Origin: Dimorphilus gyrociliatus
Lineage: Eukaryota > Animalia > Annelida
Direction: 5' to 3'
NCBI GenBank assembly: GCA_904063045.1
Contig: CAJFCJ010000023.1
Span: forward strand, 434,001-498,000
DNA: 64,000 bases
The position numbers and the translations under genes were made by a program. Under the pieces are notes generated by a model. It was not told where the DNA came from. It saw only the letters and a list, made by a program, of their open reading frames with translations, and ran no database searches. This document shows, piece by piece, positions 51,847 to 64,000 of this stretch. Positions within the stretch are counted from its first letter, which is position 1. The number at the start of each line of letters is the position of its first letter.

Positions 51847-51915
51847 CTGTTGAATCGCTAACACGGCAGAGTAACCAATGGCAAAAAGTAAAAAGACTAT
51901 GCCGAAACGCAACAT
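51847..51915 (-). CDS. NPY: NPY/NPF precursor exon 1 (signal peptide), not in ORF track
   Basis: Minus strand MLRFGIVFLLFAIGYSAVLA-IQQ|GTAAAA, phase 0. Acceptor ctgctctttttag lies 8 nt upstream of the ATG. Confidence 0.9.
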
Positions 51916-54900
51916 TACGACGACTAAAAAGAGCAGCAGACCAATGATTCATTTATATTCATGAGCTAATAAACATAAACAACACCTTTGTTTACAAAGA
52001 GTATTCTGGGGAAATTTTTAGCAAACTCTATAATGTTTTTTATTAAAAAAAAAGATAGAAAGGGAAAACTATAAAAAAAAATATATAAATATAGAAAATA
52101 AAGGTTATGCAGGTAAAAAAAATGTAACCATACATTTTACTTGTCTATTATTCATTCTTAAAAGTTCGCTAATAGCACTGAAACAATAAAATTTTTTCTG
52201 ACGAAATATAGGCCTAAATGTAAAATTGTAATTTCTTTATTGGATATTTTTCAAGAGATTCTCCCCCTTGGTTAAAAAATAAAAGTAAATTAGATCATCA
52301 TAACTCTGTTTCATCAGAGTTATTGTCTAGGCGTAGTCTATATGTCTGGTAAAAGAAGAATAAGAAGATTCTAGATATTAAGCTTTTCGAATGAGCTCAT
52401 TTATATTTTCATTTGGAAGAAAAGAGACATAAAAATTTTCTTCGTTATTTTCTATTTTGTTGCAGATTTTGCCTTGTTTTTTTCAATGCCAAAGTTCTGT
52501 CAAATTAGGCAACGACGTTACGTCTAGTTGCTTTTTTCTTTTGCAATTAAATTAGAACAAAACTCGGATTTAACTTGTTTTTTCTTTTGAAATTGATAGG
52601 AATGGATTATTAACATCATTTACCTAGAATCACCCGATAAAGTCGTTTAAATAGGCATTAAGCAGATTGCATATTATTGACTAAATAAGCACCGAGTTAA
52701 TCTGTCTTATCTTCACATGAGCTGAAGTGAGACGAAAAAATTGGATCCATTAAAATGGATAGTAATAATATTCTCTTTGATTTTTGTACGATTAATTGTT
52801 GGGTTTACGGTAAAACACTAAGCAGGAGATTAAATGACGCTATTTCCTTTTAAATTTTTTACCTCTTTAACTGAAAAACTAGTTACTTTGAATGAGATAA
52901 AGGCAAAAAGAGAAAATGATAGAGAGGATGTTTATGAGAGAGAGTGAGAGAGTGAGGGAGAGGGTGATAGAAGGTTATGCATGTATCTATATATATATAT
53001 ATGTGTCAGAATGACTGAGTCCGTTTGAGAGCGAGAGACAAAAGAGAGAGAGAGAGAGAGAGTAGGAGGATAAAATGAAAGAAAAAAGTAACAGCAATGA
53101 GAATTCAGCTTTTTTTCATTTCTCTTAAATCATTCTTAACGATCTAAAGTCTCCCATTACTTAAATGTTATAAATATGTATAAATAATAAATCCTTTAGG
53201 ATTTTTTCTCTACTTTTACTTTTCTTACCCTTCTTTTTTGTTTCTCTCATTTCTTTTCTTCCACTCCTCTTTTTCTTCATTTAGTATCATTATCATCATT
53301 GCCATCATTACTACTATTATTTTAATAATTATTGACTTTTTTTTGCTTTTCATTTTAGGCAGGAAAAGAAAATTAAGAAAAGATAAGGATAGCAATTTTT
53401 ACTTGTTGAGACCCAATTAAAAAAAAGAGAAGGATTCTTGACGAATTGTTAACAATAGTTTGTTTTTTGGATGACTGATTTAAAGCTTCTTTGATTCTCT
53501 TACATCTTTATTGAATTGAATTTGTTAAGTCCATATACATTATAACTACATTCTGCATTATGCTTTACACAAGTACAGGATATATGCTGTACACAATACA
53601 TTTATAGATGTATTGGTATCTTAAGTGGATGAGATAAAGGTAAAAGTATAGACAGTCTTTTGACGTTTATGTATCACTATATATGAACAATATAAAGTAA
53701 AGAGTATCTTCCCCCAAAGCATAGTTATACCTTATTTATTCCAATACTTAAAGAGAGAAAGAAAGGGAGACAGTAACATATCAGATCCCATCATATTATG
53801 GACAGCGAATAGTTCTAATCTATTGATAAACCGGTAGAGTATTAGGTTATCTTTAAGAAAAAGTCACGAAAAAACCTGCACTTTTAATCTGAATATAAGA
53901 GGAGTATAATGAAATCAGAATCTTACCAAGCTGTTACAGAAATTTTCAAGGTCGAACCATTCAATTTAGAGAGTAAAATATTTTCTATAAATAATAATTT
54001 CTAGAAAAAAATGCGTGCAAGTGGCAGGAAGGCAATTTCATTTCTGCCTTTTACATATAATGAACTTTTTCCGTACCAACCTCCTTTATTGCTTGATTGA
54101 AAACTGATAAAGTTATTGTTCACAAAGGGAAAGAGATACTCGCATAAGATGGGAAGAAATTATTTGACAGTATCTTATTTAAATCAATTAATTAGTACTA
54201 GAATTGAGTTGAGAGTTGAAAATAAAGAGAAAAAGGAGATTTTTATATTAGCTATCCCTCTACAGTATAATGTATATACCGTATATATATCAGGACTTAG
54301 TTTCTAAAATTCAATCTCGACTTAAAGAATAATGAGGATAATGCAAAAAATTTTAAGTACCTTTTGTTATTTATGCGATTATCTTACATTCTGTATAATG
54401 AGTATACTACAACGTCTAGTAAGACGTTATAAAATGCAACGAGAGGTTATCTCCTATAACTTTTAGGGCTACGTTATGGCTTTAAATAAGTTTTATATTA
54501 GTCATTATTACCTAATGCAAGAAATTAAGCTCTCAAGGGTACTGTACTTAAAGTGAAATGTAATGGTTTATTAGGTGTAAAGTTTATGTAGAGATAAATA
54601 CAAAGAATTAGTTTTATTTATATTTAGGTCAAAGATAAATAGAAATAATAAAAAAACGACAAAATTTTTTCGGTTTGTCAGAATCACTGTAAGCAAAAAT
54701 TTGGAATGGAGAAGAATGAAGGAAAAAGGTATAAAGTAGTTTAGAAAGAGATTTGAGCCACTGTTTAAGATGAAAATCAGCTACTCTTTAGAAAAAGTAG
54801 AATTTATGACAGCAGTGGCATTGAAGAAAGAGACTTTTTCATCTCTCTCTCTTTTTTTTATATCTTCTTTCTTTATTTCCTTTTCTTCTCTTTTTCATAT

Positions 54901-57900
54901 TTCTTTCTTTTAATAGCTCTACTTTAAATATTAAATAAGTGCTATTCTTTAAACTCTTTATGAAATGCAAAGAAAGAAAACATGCATTGCCGATAGGATG
55001 TTTAAAGGAAGAAACCTAAAAAGAAACTCCCTCAGCAAGAGCTAAATTAGAAATGAGACAGTAAATTATGGCAACAGATTTATGCAAGATCTATAAAATC
55101 ATCCGTCCCCTAGGTGTAAAAAGAGAAGATTCTTATATTTAATCAAAAAGTCTCGTTTAATTAATTTTCAAGGCAAATTAGGATGAAATTAGAAAGTGGT
55201 AATTTTTATCCATTAGCATTTTCATAACATACAGTACTATGAATGTAAGAAATTTTTTCCTTTTTCTTCTGTTTCCAAAAGGTTTACTGACCTCCCTTCC
55301 TCTTTTTCTTAACTTATTGTTCTCCTTCTCCAAACTCTTCTTTATCTTCAGTTCCTCATGGTTTCCCTGTGTTTTGTTCTTTTAGATTTTTAGTTCTACT
55401 GAAAGCTTGTTTCTTTCACTTTTTTAGAGCAATATTCTCTTGTATGTTGTGCAAAATTCAACGTAATACAGTATATACTGTATGTGCTTTTCTATAGTGT
55501 ACTACTGCTCTTTGTACGATTACAGAAGTCAATTTATTCAAGCTGAAATTTAGCGGTGAATTATTCTTGCTGCCGAATATTACTATTTGACGCCTGTATA
55601 AGAGGATAGAGAGGAAAGAGATTATCAGCTGCCTAAAGAGATAAACTGATCAAGTAACGTAATCTTTACTTGTTGATTGGAAAAATTTTAATTTTATCAT
55701 ATTTAGTTTGGTGTTCGGATCAGGTTTCCATAAAAAAGGAAAACTAGTTTCGGCCCCTGTCCTATACATCGGGGATCAGATTAAGGTTTTGCAGGGGAGA
55801 CAATGTTGAGGTTAATCCGATTTGTTGGTCGGCTTTTAGATGAAATTCGCGAGTGAATGCTCAAAGTCAGATTAAATAAGTAATCGTAAACTCGAAAAGA
55901 AATTCTTTAGATGTATTTAATTTGGAAAGTTGGGTAATTTTTCGTGGAAAATCAACCTAAAAACGTATCGTAAAGGAAAAAATAAAATAGATATCGGAAA
56001 TACGAACCTCGAAAGTATATATTTAACAAGCTATTTGCGACACGTCTTTCCCTAATTCCCTATTCCATCCATCGTATTGTGGCAGTGGAGACTAAAATAA
56101 AACCTACATCTCCTTATATTTACATACCGAATGTTTATCAACTGATATATTAATAACAGAGTTTATCTAATGCTTTATATATTGTATCCTGAACAGTTCT
56201 CGGATGAAGAGAGAGAGAGAGAGAGACAAAACGACAGAGCAATAAGAGAATAAGAAAGGGTGTGAAAAAAAGATGAATGAATGAACAAATGTTGAAAAGA
56301 AGAAGGCGAAGTAAGCATAGAAGCACATACAGAAACAGAGAGAAAGTAAAAGAGGAAAAGTAGAAGAAAGAAAAGAATATAGATGTAAAGATGTCTCTAA
56401 GACGATTCTCTCTCAATATCAATATAACGACATGCTATTTTTACATCGAATAGAAAAAACGGAAATGTGCTCATGTCGAAAAATTTCTCAGCAAAATTCT
56501 TTTAGTGTAAAACTTTGTAATTATTTTGTTTTCGTAACGTAATATCTTTTCGACATTAAATTTTTTATAGTCTTTTACTTAGGCCTTTATTATTCTTTTA
56601 AGGCTTGTATTTTAGATATAATTAATAAAAGAGGAAATATGTCAAAGAGCGTGATTGAGTACGCCTCAGTAGAGTGCTCACGTTCATCTTTTGAACACTA
56701 ACCCGGTCATCTTATAAATAGTAGATCGAGAAAAAGATGGAGGTAGGCGAGGCGGGGAGGAGAATATATTACGTGAGAGAGAGAGAAGAGGAAAACAAAG
56801 CGGAATAAGCATATATACATAAGTTTTAGTATAAATAAAAAGAGACATTAATAATAGGAAAAAGTGGGAAAAGAGAACTGAAAGAGCTATAACGAATGGC
56901 TCCATCTCCTTTCCTTAGTTTGTTCCACTCAAGTTTTTCTTTGTTTATTATTTACTCTATATACTCTTTATAAATTAATACACTTAATATATTATTCATA
57001 CGAATGTTAAGTCTTCTTTAAAGAGATTATACATGTTCTTGTTTTGGAATGGTTGCCAGAGAAAGTAATAAGCTGTATTGTGTCATTTAGTTTACGAATT
57101 GAATTATATGGCGATGCTTTTCAATAAATCCACTTCTACGTAAAGAGTTGTATTGTTAACTGCAATAAAGTTGGCGAAAAAGACGGTTTTGTTTCTTAAA
57201 TTTTATTTTCTCCTCACTTTTTATGATTTAATAAAAAAATTGTCTTATGACTGAATCAAGTATTAAAAAGAGATAGAATTCATAAATTCAATTAACCTAT
57301 CTTGCATATAAATGCATATGAAGGCATATCGGAAAAGTGTCTGATAGAATGAATAAAAGGTAGAGGGAGGAATACTGTTTTTTTAAGTAGTTGGTACAAG
57401 CCGTTGATACAGAATTATGAATCAATTTTATTTGGACGCAACATAGCCAATGTGTAAAAATAGAAAAACAAGAACAAACAAATAAAAAAGCAAATTATAA
57501 TAAAGCTGACGATAAAAGGGTGATGGGTTGTTGTTGTTAAAGGGGAAAAGGAGGGAAACGATACAAATTATACCAGTTACCACAGATAATTAATAAAGTT
57601 AATTTTGCATTTTTTCATATTAGTAGATAACAACCTATTATATGAGAAGTGAATTACAATATTGAAATTGTAAATACTTGTGATATACTTTCATACTTTA
57701 AACAGTTTAATGATGAGTGTACTTGAAAGATTGCTTTAGTTCAATTATATACTAATATTTGTTTGTTTCAAATTGACATAGAAAACAAGCTACTCCCTTT
57801 ACTTTAATAACAGTAGTAAGAACAATAATGACAATAATAATAGTAATCATATTGTTTGCTTGTATATATAAGAATAAATAGAACACAGAATATATATATA

Positions 57901-58268
57901 TATATATATATATTGTATATACAGTATATGCCGCATTTATACTGTATATACGTATAGGTGGAAAAGATGTTGTGTATTATATTCTTATACATACGTATGT
58001 ATAACCTATTTTTCTATAGATCGACATTTATCAACTGAACTGTATAACCAAGACACGTTTCATAAAGGCTGCAGACAAACGGTATTCCAATTAGCTCTCT
58101 CCAACACTTTTTACAGATCGAAAGAACGATTTATTATTGTAAAGAGTGCGAAACAACTAAGCAAATACTCTTGTAAAATTTTTCTTTTTTCTAGATTTCT
58201 CCTTGAATCTTTCTAGGAAGTAGGAAAAAATCTAAATACAACGCTCAGAACTTTTTGAATAACAAAAG

Positions 58269-58303
<35 letters not shown>

Positions 58304-58551
58304 TTATATATATACTGTATATACTGTATATCAGTGAATGTGTCGTCGTAACTTTCGTACATAATTACACCTGAATCCGAAAGATAAATAATTATACACG
58401 TGCATCCGACGCTTCAAAGAACAAAATAGAAATCGATATATTTTACAGTCGAGGTGTACGTATACGAAAGTTGTTGTTAGCTGATGTGCAAAGTCTTCCT
58501 AATTGTTTATGCAGTGCACTGCTATCGCCTGTCAAGATTCTCGTTTGCACC

Positions 58552-58576
58552 TTATTCCTCTTTCGTATCCTTTTTC
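58552..58576 (-). CDS. STK32: Probable STK32 last micro-exon (R-KKDTKEE-stop)
   Basis: aaaaaacag|G AAA AAG GAT ACG AAA GAG GAA TAA matches the phase-2 donor of the large exon. The acceptor is A-rich, so this is tentative. Confidence 0.5.
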
Positions 58577-59329
58577 CTGTTTTTTTATAATCGAAAATAA
58601 ACAAGCGTTTAGTTCTTGTTGCTTGGTGACAAGCCATTAGAGAGTATTTACCAGAAATATAGGCCTTAAAATCAACTTACGTCATTAGACTTAAATGCTT
58701 GCCTACTAATAGTTTGTCTTGTTTCACTAGTTTTAATATACTTAAATATTTCTTTTAAACAAATGTGGAATTTTTTATTTTTTTTAGAAGGCGCACGCTT
58801 TTACGCTTTCAATTAGCCAGATAACGGAAGTTAATATTGTAAGTGCTTCATTCCGTAATAGTTTATGGTTTTCTCTTCCTTAACCCTCCTACCGAACTCA
58901 TCGTACATTACTAATGAGTAATTAGGTAATTAACAAAATATTTCCTTTGAATTCCAGATATACTGTTTTTATATAATCCTCATAGTGTTGTATTGATATG
59001 TTGTACAAATTAAAAATCTCTGCTCTCCAAAGAGGCTATATGCAGCAGATATTATAATATTAATCTATAGTTTATATTATGTTTTGCCTGCTGTGGACTA
59101 TAGGTTCACAGCCATATAATGATATGGGATATAACCTAGATATATAGATTACAACTAGTGATAAAAATTACACAATCTCCATCTGCAATCTCTAGTAAAA
59201 GTGAATTAATGACATAATCTTTTCTCCTTACTAGCTTTTCTCTTATTTATAAATGTATAGTATTACTTTAATTAACTATTAACATTTATATTTGAACTTT
59301 TCCAAGTTCGTTCATATTTAATATTTCCT

Positions 59330-59333
<4 letters not shown>

Positions 59334-59389
<56 letters not shown>
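59334..59389. repeat. (CT)n microsatellite
   Basis: Pure CT run in the STK32 last intron. Confidence 0.95.
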
Positions 59390-59391
<2 letters not shown>

Positions 59392-59511
59392 CCCACCCTA
59401 TCTATTCTTCCATTAATTCATCTACTTAATTACGTTTGGATATATAATACCTTAATCTGATTGTTGAGTAAAAACTGACGGATATTAATTAGTATATCGT
59501 AAGTGTATTAC

Positions 59512-60286
59512 CTTTCTCTGTCGTATGGTTCGAAAACTTTACCATTACTCTCCAAATAGTCCCTAATTGGATCAGAGATAGGTTTTGAGTTTTGCTTTGC
59601 CAATCTTTTCTTTTTTTTATGCAACGGTTTCGACTCAACAATCATCTCTTCCAATTCAAAAGTTGGATCGCAGTTCAGATGATCTTTCGACGGAATAAAC
59701 GGCGGTTGAACTTTCCTATTCAGAACATCGTCAAAGTTCATACCGGTAAAAAATTCATGTTGTTGTATATCCTTAAGAGAAGATAACCTTTTCTCCGGGT
59801 CAGTTTCTAGTAATCGTTTAACTAAGTCATTTAAGGATTCCGGGTAAGAGGATATTGCATGGCACATGGACTTATGAGAATCAGTTATAATGCGCCTAAA
59901 TTCACTAACCGTCGTGTTAGAGTGAATATCATAGGGACGTCGATTTTTCAAAATTTCAAAAGTACAAATTCCAAGCGACCACCAATCAGCGGAATAGGAG
60001 TAACCTTGACCCTTTTTTGCTTCGAAAACTTCTGGAGCCATATAAGGTCTTGTTCCACAAACCGAAGTTGGAGAGTGGCCCTCTTCTATGCTAGTTGCAA
60101 CGTTGAAATCCGTTATATGATAATGTCCATCTTCATCCATTAAAATATTATCGGGTTTAAGATCTCTATGTAAAACCTTTTTGGACCGAAGATAGTCTAA
60201 GGCCAGACAAATTTCGGCTAAGAACAATCTGACCGATTGAATGGTAAATTTAACTTCCTTTTGAAGATGATACCGCAAATCTCCGC
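59512..60286 (-). CDS. STK32: STK32/YANK Ser/Thr kinase, large internal exon
   Basis: ttag|GGDLRYHL...HRDLKPDNIL...ITDFNVA (DFN, typical of STK32)...GTRPYMAPE...DWWSLG...HLNCDPTFELEEMIVESKPLHKKKKRL; ends AG|GTAATA. The N-lobe exons were not found in the window. Confidence 0.93.
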
Positions 60287-61260
60287 CTAATAGACAAAAC
60301 GAAAGAAAAATGAGTTAATAAAGAAGTTTACTTACAGTTAACAAACATTATATATTTGCTGTATGCAGAATATAAACAATAGCTAAGCAATACTACTACT
60401 GCTAGTAGTGATAATAAAAATATTAATAATAATAATAATAATACTAGTAATAAGGGTAATAGTAAAAATATAATAGAATCATTCTACTATGGCAAATTAA
60501 ATACAAGACTTTCTTTTCGTGTGTTGTCAAATTTGATTATGTCAACTATTCAGTATTTACAATAAGAATTATATTGAACATGTATAGTCAAATATACTCA
60601 TCTTATTTTATAATGAACACTTTGAGTCAGTACTTTGGCATTTGTCATTAAGAAAGCAAGGTTAGACTAAATGAAAAGAAGACTACTTTGTACTAATCTA
60701 AAAAGGCTATTACATAATTGTACTTATTCTCATTTATATTTTTGAAGTGATATTTTTTAAATACAAGCAAAACATTAAAAACTACAAACATTTTTCGTTG
60801 TATAGAATTGTATCAATAAGCAGGAAGCTAGAAAATTCTCTGACCATAAGACGAAGATGCACCTGTTACCCTTTTCTTAATGAGATATAGGAAAGTCTAA
60901 TGAAATATTACGCCTATATATACTTTATATATACTGTATAACAGCATATGTATTTAACCTTAACTACTTGTTTGCGTTACTATGGTTATAAAAATATCTG
61001 AAAAATAAATTTACAAGATATCTCTTTTATCGGAAGTACAAAAAAAAAAATTCTCTCATGATAGTTTGGTTATTGGATACAAGAGCTAGTCCTCGCATAT
61101 AAGATTAAAAGAGGAAAAAAACAGATCTTGGTCTCAAGATGAGGACATTTACATACAGACATCAAAAGACGTTTTGCATCAGCCTGAAATATTTTTGTAA
61201 GGTTTTTTTTTCTTCCCATTATTTGTTGTTGCCTTTTATAATTTAAATGCAAAAAGAGTG

Positions 61261-61277
61261 TGTCTGTGTGTGTGTGT

Positions 61278-61339
<62 letters not shown>
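61261..61339. repeat. Compound (TG)n(AG)n microsatellite
   Basis: TG run directly followed by an AG run. The same compound occurs at about 30921-30968 and, reversed, at about 35221-35270. Confidence 0.9.
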
Positions 61340-61342
<3 letters not shown>

Positions 61343-61621
61343 AAACTCTGGAATATATCGAAAGAGAAAAAACTTCTGTATGAAGGAAAATAAAGAGGAA
61401 GTATCAAAAGGCTTTTAAAACTTTTAATACTTTGGCAATTGTTTCAATTCTTTCAAATTCGGATAAACGATATTTTTGATAAGAAACTGGGAAATGCAGC
61501 CTTTTAGATAAGGGGGAAAGTTATTCGATAACAGCCAGTGTATATTTAAAACGGTCTAGACAAAGTAAGAAACCTATGAAATATCTAGTTATATCTATTT
61601 TTATACAATCCTCATAAAACA

Positions 61622-61661
<40 letters not shown>

Positions 61662-62741
61662 GAATAGATAGATATAGTCATATAAAAGCTAAAAAAAATC
61701 TTTTGAGACTGTAAATCAAATGCTGATGGAGGGAATAAAGCCGAAAATCGTACAGGAAAGATATCAAGGATAGCATTGCCTTTAAGCAAGGCTGGCACAG
61801 CCTGTAAAGAGCAACAATTTACAAATCCCGTTACAAATTTTAATTCGTCTTATCTGTCGAGGTTAATGATAAATCAAACAACGCAACTAAGACGAAATTT
61901 TTTTTACTACTGTAGTCATTAACCTCTTCTTATATTATTCTTTCTTTCTATATAAATTATACATAAGAGAATGAAAAAATTGCAAAGAGAAAGAGTACGA
62001 TGAAAAGTGAAGGAAACCGCGCTTTTCTTGTCTTTATTCTTAATCAATTGGGAAATTTGTATGGAATAAGAATAGGAATAGGGAAGGTATGGATATAACA
62101 AATTTTTTCCCCAGTCAAAGACGAATAGCTGGCTGTAAACCACTGCTAAACGATCAGAACGACTGTTAGAGTGGCGCTTGGCAAATTAACGCGATGTTAG
62201 TAATTGGCATTTGTCACAGAAGTATCAATTATTTTCGTTTTTGGACGAAATTTATCGTCGAGTTGACAATAACAAGAATAAGAAAATTTTTTGGTTCTCT
62301 TACTCCTTCCATCTTTCTTTCATATAGTCTCTCTCCATTTCTCTTTATACTTCCTCATTATAAATAAAGAATAATGTAGAACGAATTTTGTATGAAATTG
62401 GACAGTCTGCTATTAACTTTAAGTCGTCTAATCAATTATTCAACTAGATAATACGGCAAAATAATACGAAGAGTTACGCCTGCCAAATTTCAATTAGACA
62501 ACTAAAGTTATTAGAAAAGTTGTATTTTTATTCTTTAATTAGTTTACTTGATTTTTTTTAATTTAATTTTACGTTTGTAGCCAACCAGATATATTAAATC
62601 TTGGTTCTAGGCCTACTATACTATGTCGCTTCAACTCGGTTTTGAGCTTCCATATTGTCGTGTCATACAACGAATCATTCCAATTTGAGTTTTGTCGATG
62701 GATATTTTACTTTGTATCTCTCTCATGTATCAACAGTATAT

Positions 62742-62792
<51 letters not shown>

Positions 62793-64000
62793 TATATATA
62801 TGAGGACACGGGTAGGATACGTTTTAGTCTAGTATTTGCTAGAACATAGATTTACTCTTAATCTAAGCCAATGTCATTTGCTGGGAATCTTAGTGTCAAA
62901 AATATTAACTGAACCATAGTTTACCAGGATATTCTCTGTTCTTATTTCTATTTCTAGTCGCCTGTTTTTAAAGAGTGGCCTTTGTTTGCCTTTAATAAAG
63001 TCTTCAATTTCTGTAATAAAACTGCTCGTTCACCTTATAAACTGTAGAACTGATATGCTGATATTTTTATAGAAAATCTTCAATCTATTCGCAAAACAGA
63101 CTGCTCTTCTCTTGAGGGAATTAAGGTGGCGTTCACATAATAGCCCTATTTCTTGCCTCTGCTAAATTTGTCCTTGAGTAATTTGTGCACTTTCCGCACA
63201 CCTTTATCATTTTGTTTTTCAAGTGTTGTACTGCCATGAAAGAAATCGCAAATGAAATAAATATCGAACAGCCAGAATTTTGGCAAAAGTTTCACTGGCC
63301 AATCTCTTTAACTTAACCCAGAAGGAAATTTTATCTCATCTGCAATACTTGACGAATCCAAACAAGTCGCTTCTGTAGGAGACTTCTCCTTCCTTGCTCC
63401 TTTAATAATATTCTTTAATGTTATGTTTAATAGCATGCTTTACCTTACATCATCTTTAAATCTAGTCATTTTATCTTGTACTGCGGCTGTTCTCAGTTAT
63501 CTTATGGAATCTTTTCAAAATTTCTCACCAGAAACTTTTTTTAAAAAGCGTTCTCTATTTGAATTTTAGTAAACCTACAGGCATATCCTGTTTTACTACA
63601 TTAACGGAAGCAATTCAACTTATAATTCTATAGTTAAAATCATCTTCTTCAATCAGGATGCCGTATTACAAGACCAAAAATTGTATTTTATGGAAGAGGT
63701 ATTATATTACATATAATTCGTTTTCTTTAGAAAATTCATCTTACAACAGAGATATTCTAGCAAAAACTTAGTATAGAATAACGCACCCTACCGATATGTA
63801 TATATATATCTGTGGTTCTCTTTAGTCAAGACTCCACAGAGCGTTTTCAATTAGCTTTTCATATGGCTTAAATTTGAGGAGATATTTTACGTTTTCCCAC
63901 TCTCCATCATACAAAAACTGAGGGGGAAAAGTGGAGAATTGAGTTGAATAGGAAAAATTAAACAGTAGATGTTGGGAGTTGTTACAATTATAATATATGC

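Noticed and set aside
60287-64000. STK32 N-lobe exons (GxGxFG, AMK, HPFLVNL)
   Set aside because: Not found on the minus strand in this interval; presumably beyond the window end.
1-64000. tRNA, rRNA, CRISPR arrays or intact transposons
   Set aside because: I saw no cloverleaf, rRNA-like block, repeat-spacer array or transposase/RT ORF; the DNA is eukaryotic with introns.

Overview
AT-rich, microsatellite-rich animal DNA with spliceosomal introns. The neuropeptide types suggest a lophotrochozoan, probably an annelid. I spliced seven protein-coding genes by hand, checking GT-AG sites and phase continuity. (1) An SLC16/MCT-family transporter (+, 6 coding exons, 5013-9903, 528 aa). (2) A neuropeptide locus (+, 11662-14440) where one signal-peptide exon can feed either an LFVamide exon or a TRH-type EFL/EFM-amide exon. 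(3) Shal/Kv4 potassium channel (+, 6 exons, 28681-40283, 612 aa). (4) An unrecognised two-exon basic coiled-coil gene (+, 42744-43596, 160 aa). (5) A melatonin-receptor-like class A GPCR (+, 3 exons, 46249-48078, 354 aa). (6) An NPY/NPF precursor (-, 51915-51362, 62 aa). (7) The 3' part of an STK32/YANK kinase (-, 60286-58552). The TRH-type exon and the whole NPY gene are absent from the supplied ORF track. The most striking structure is the neuropeptide locus. Its LFVamide exon is a 153-nt phase 1-1 cassette with a TAG 1 nt before the donor. Skipping gives TRH-type peptides, inclusion gives LFVamides, and one stop codon is all that blocks a fused precursor. Other points are an NPY ending RY-Gly-Gly-stop, a duplicated stop-containing acceptor in the transporter, an X-box/CRE/CRE/octamer cluster in a Shal intron, and many TA-CWG-TA motifs resembling Tc1/mariner excision footprints. 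All models are manual; no database searches were run.
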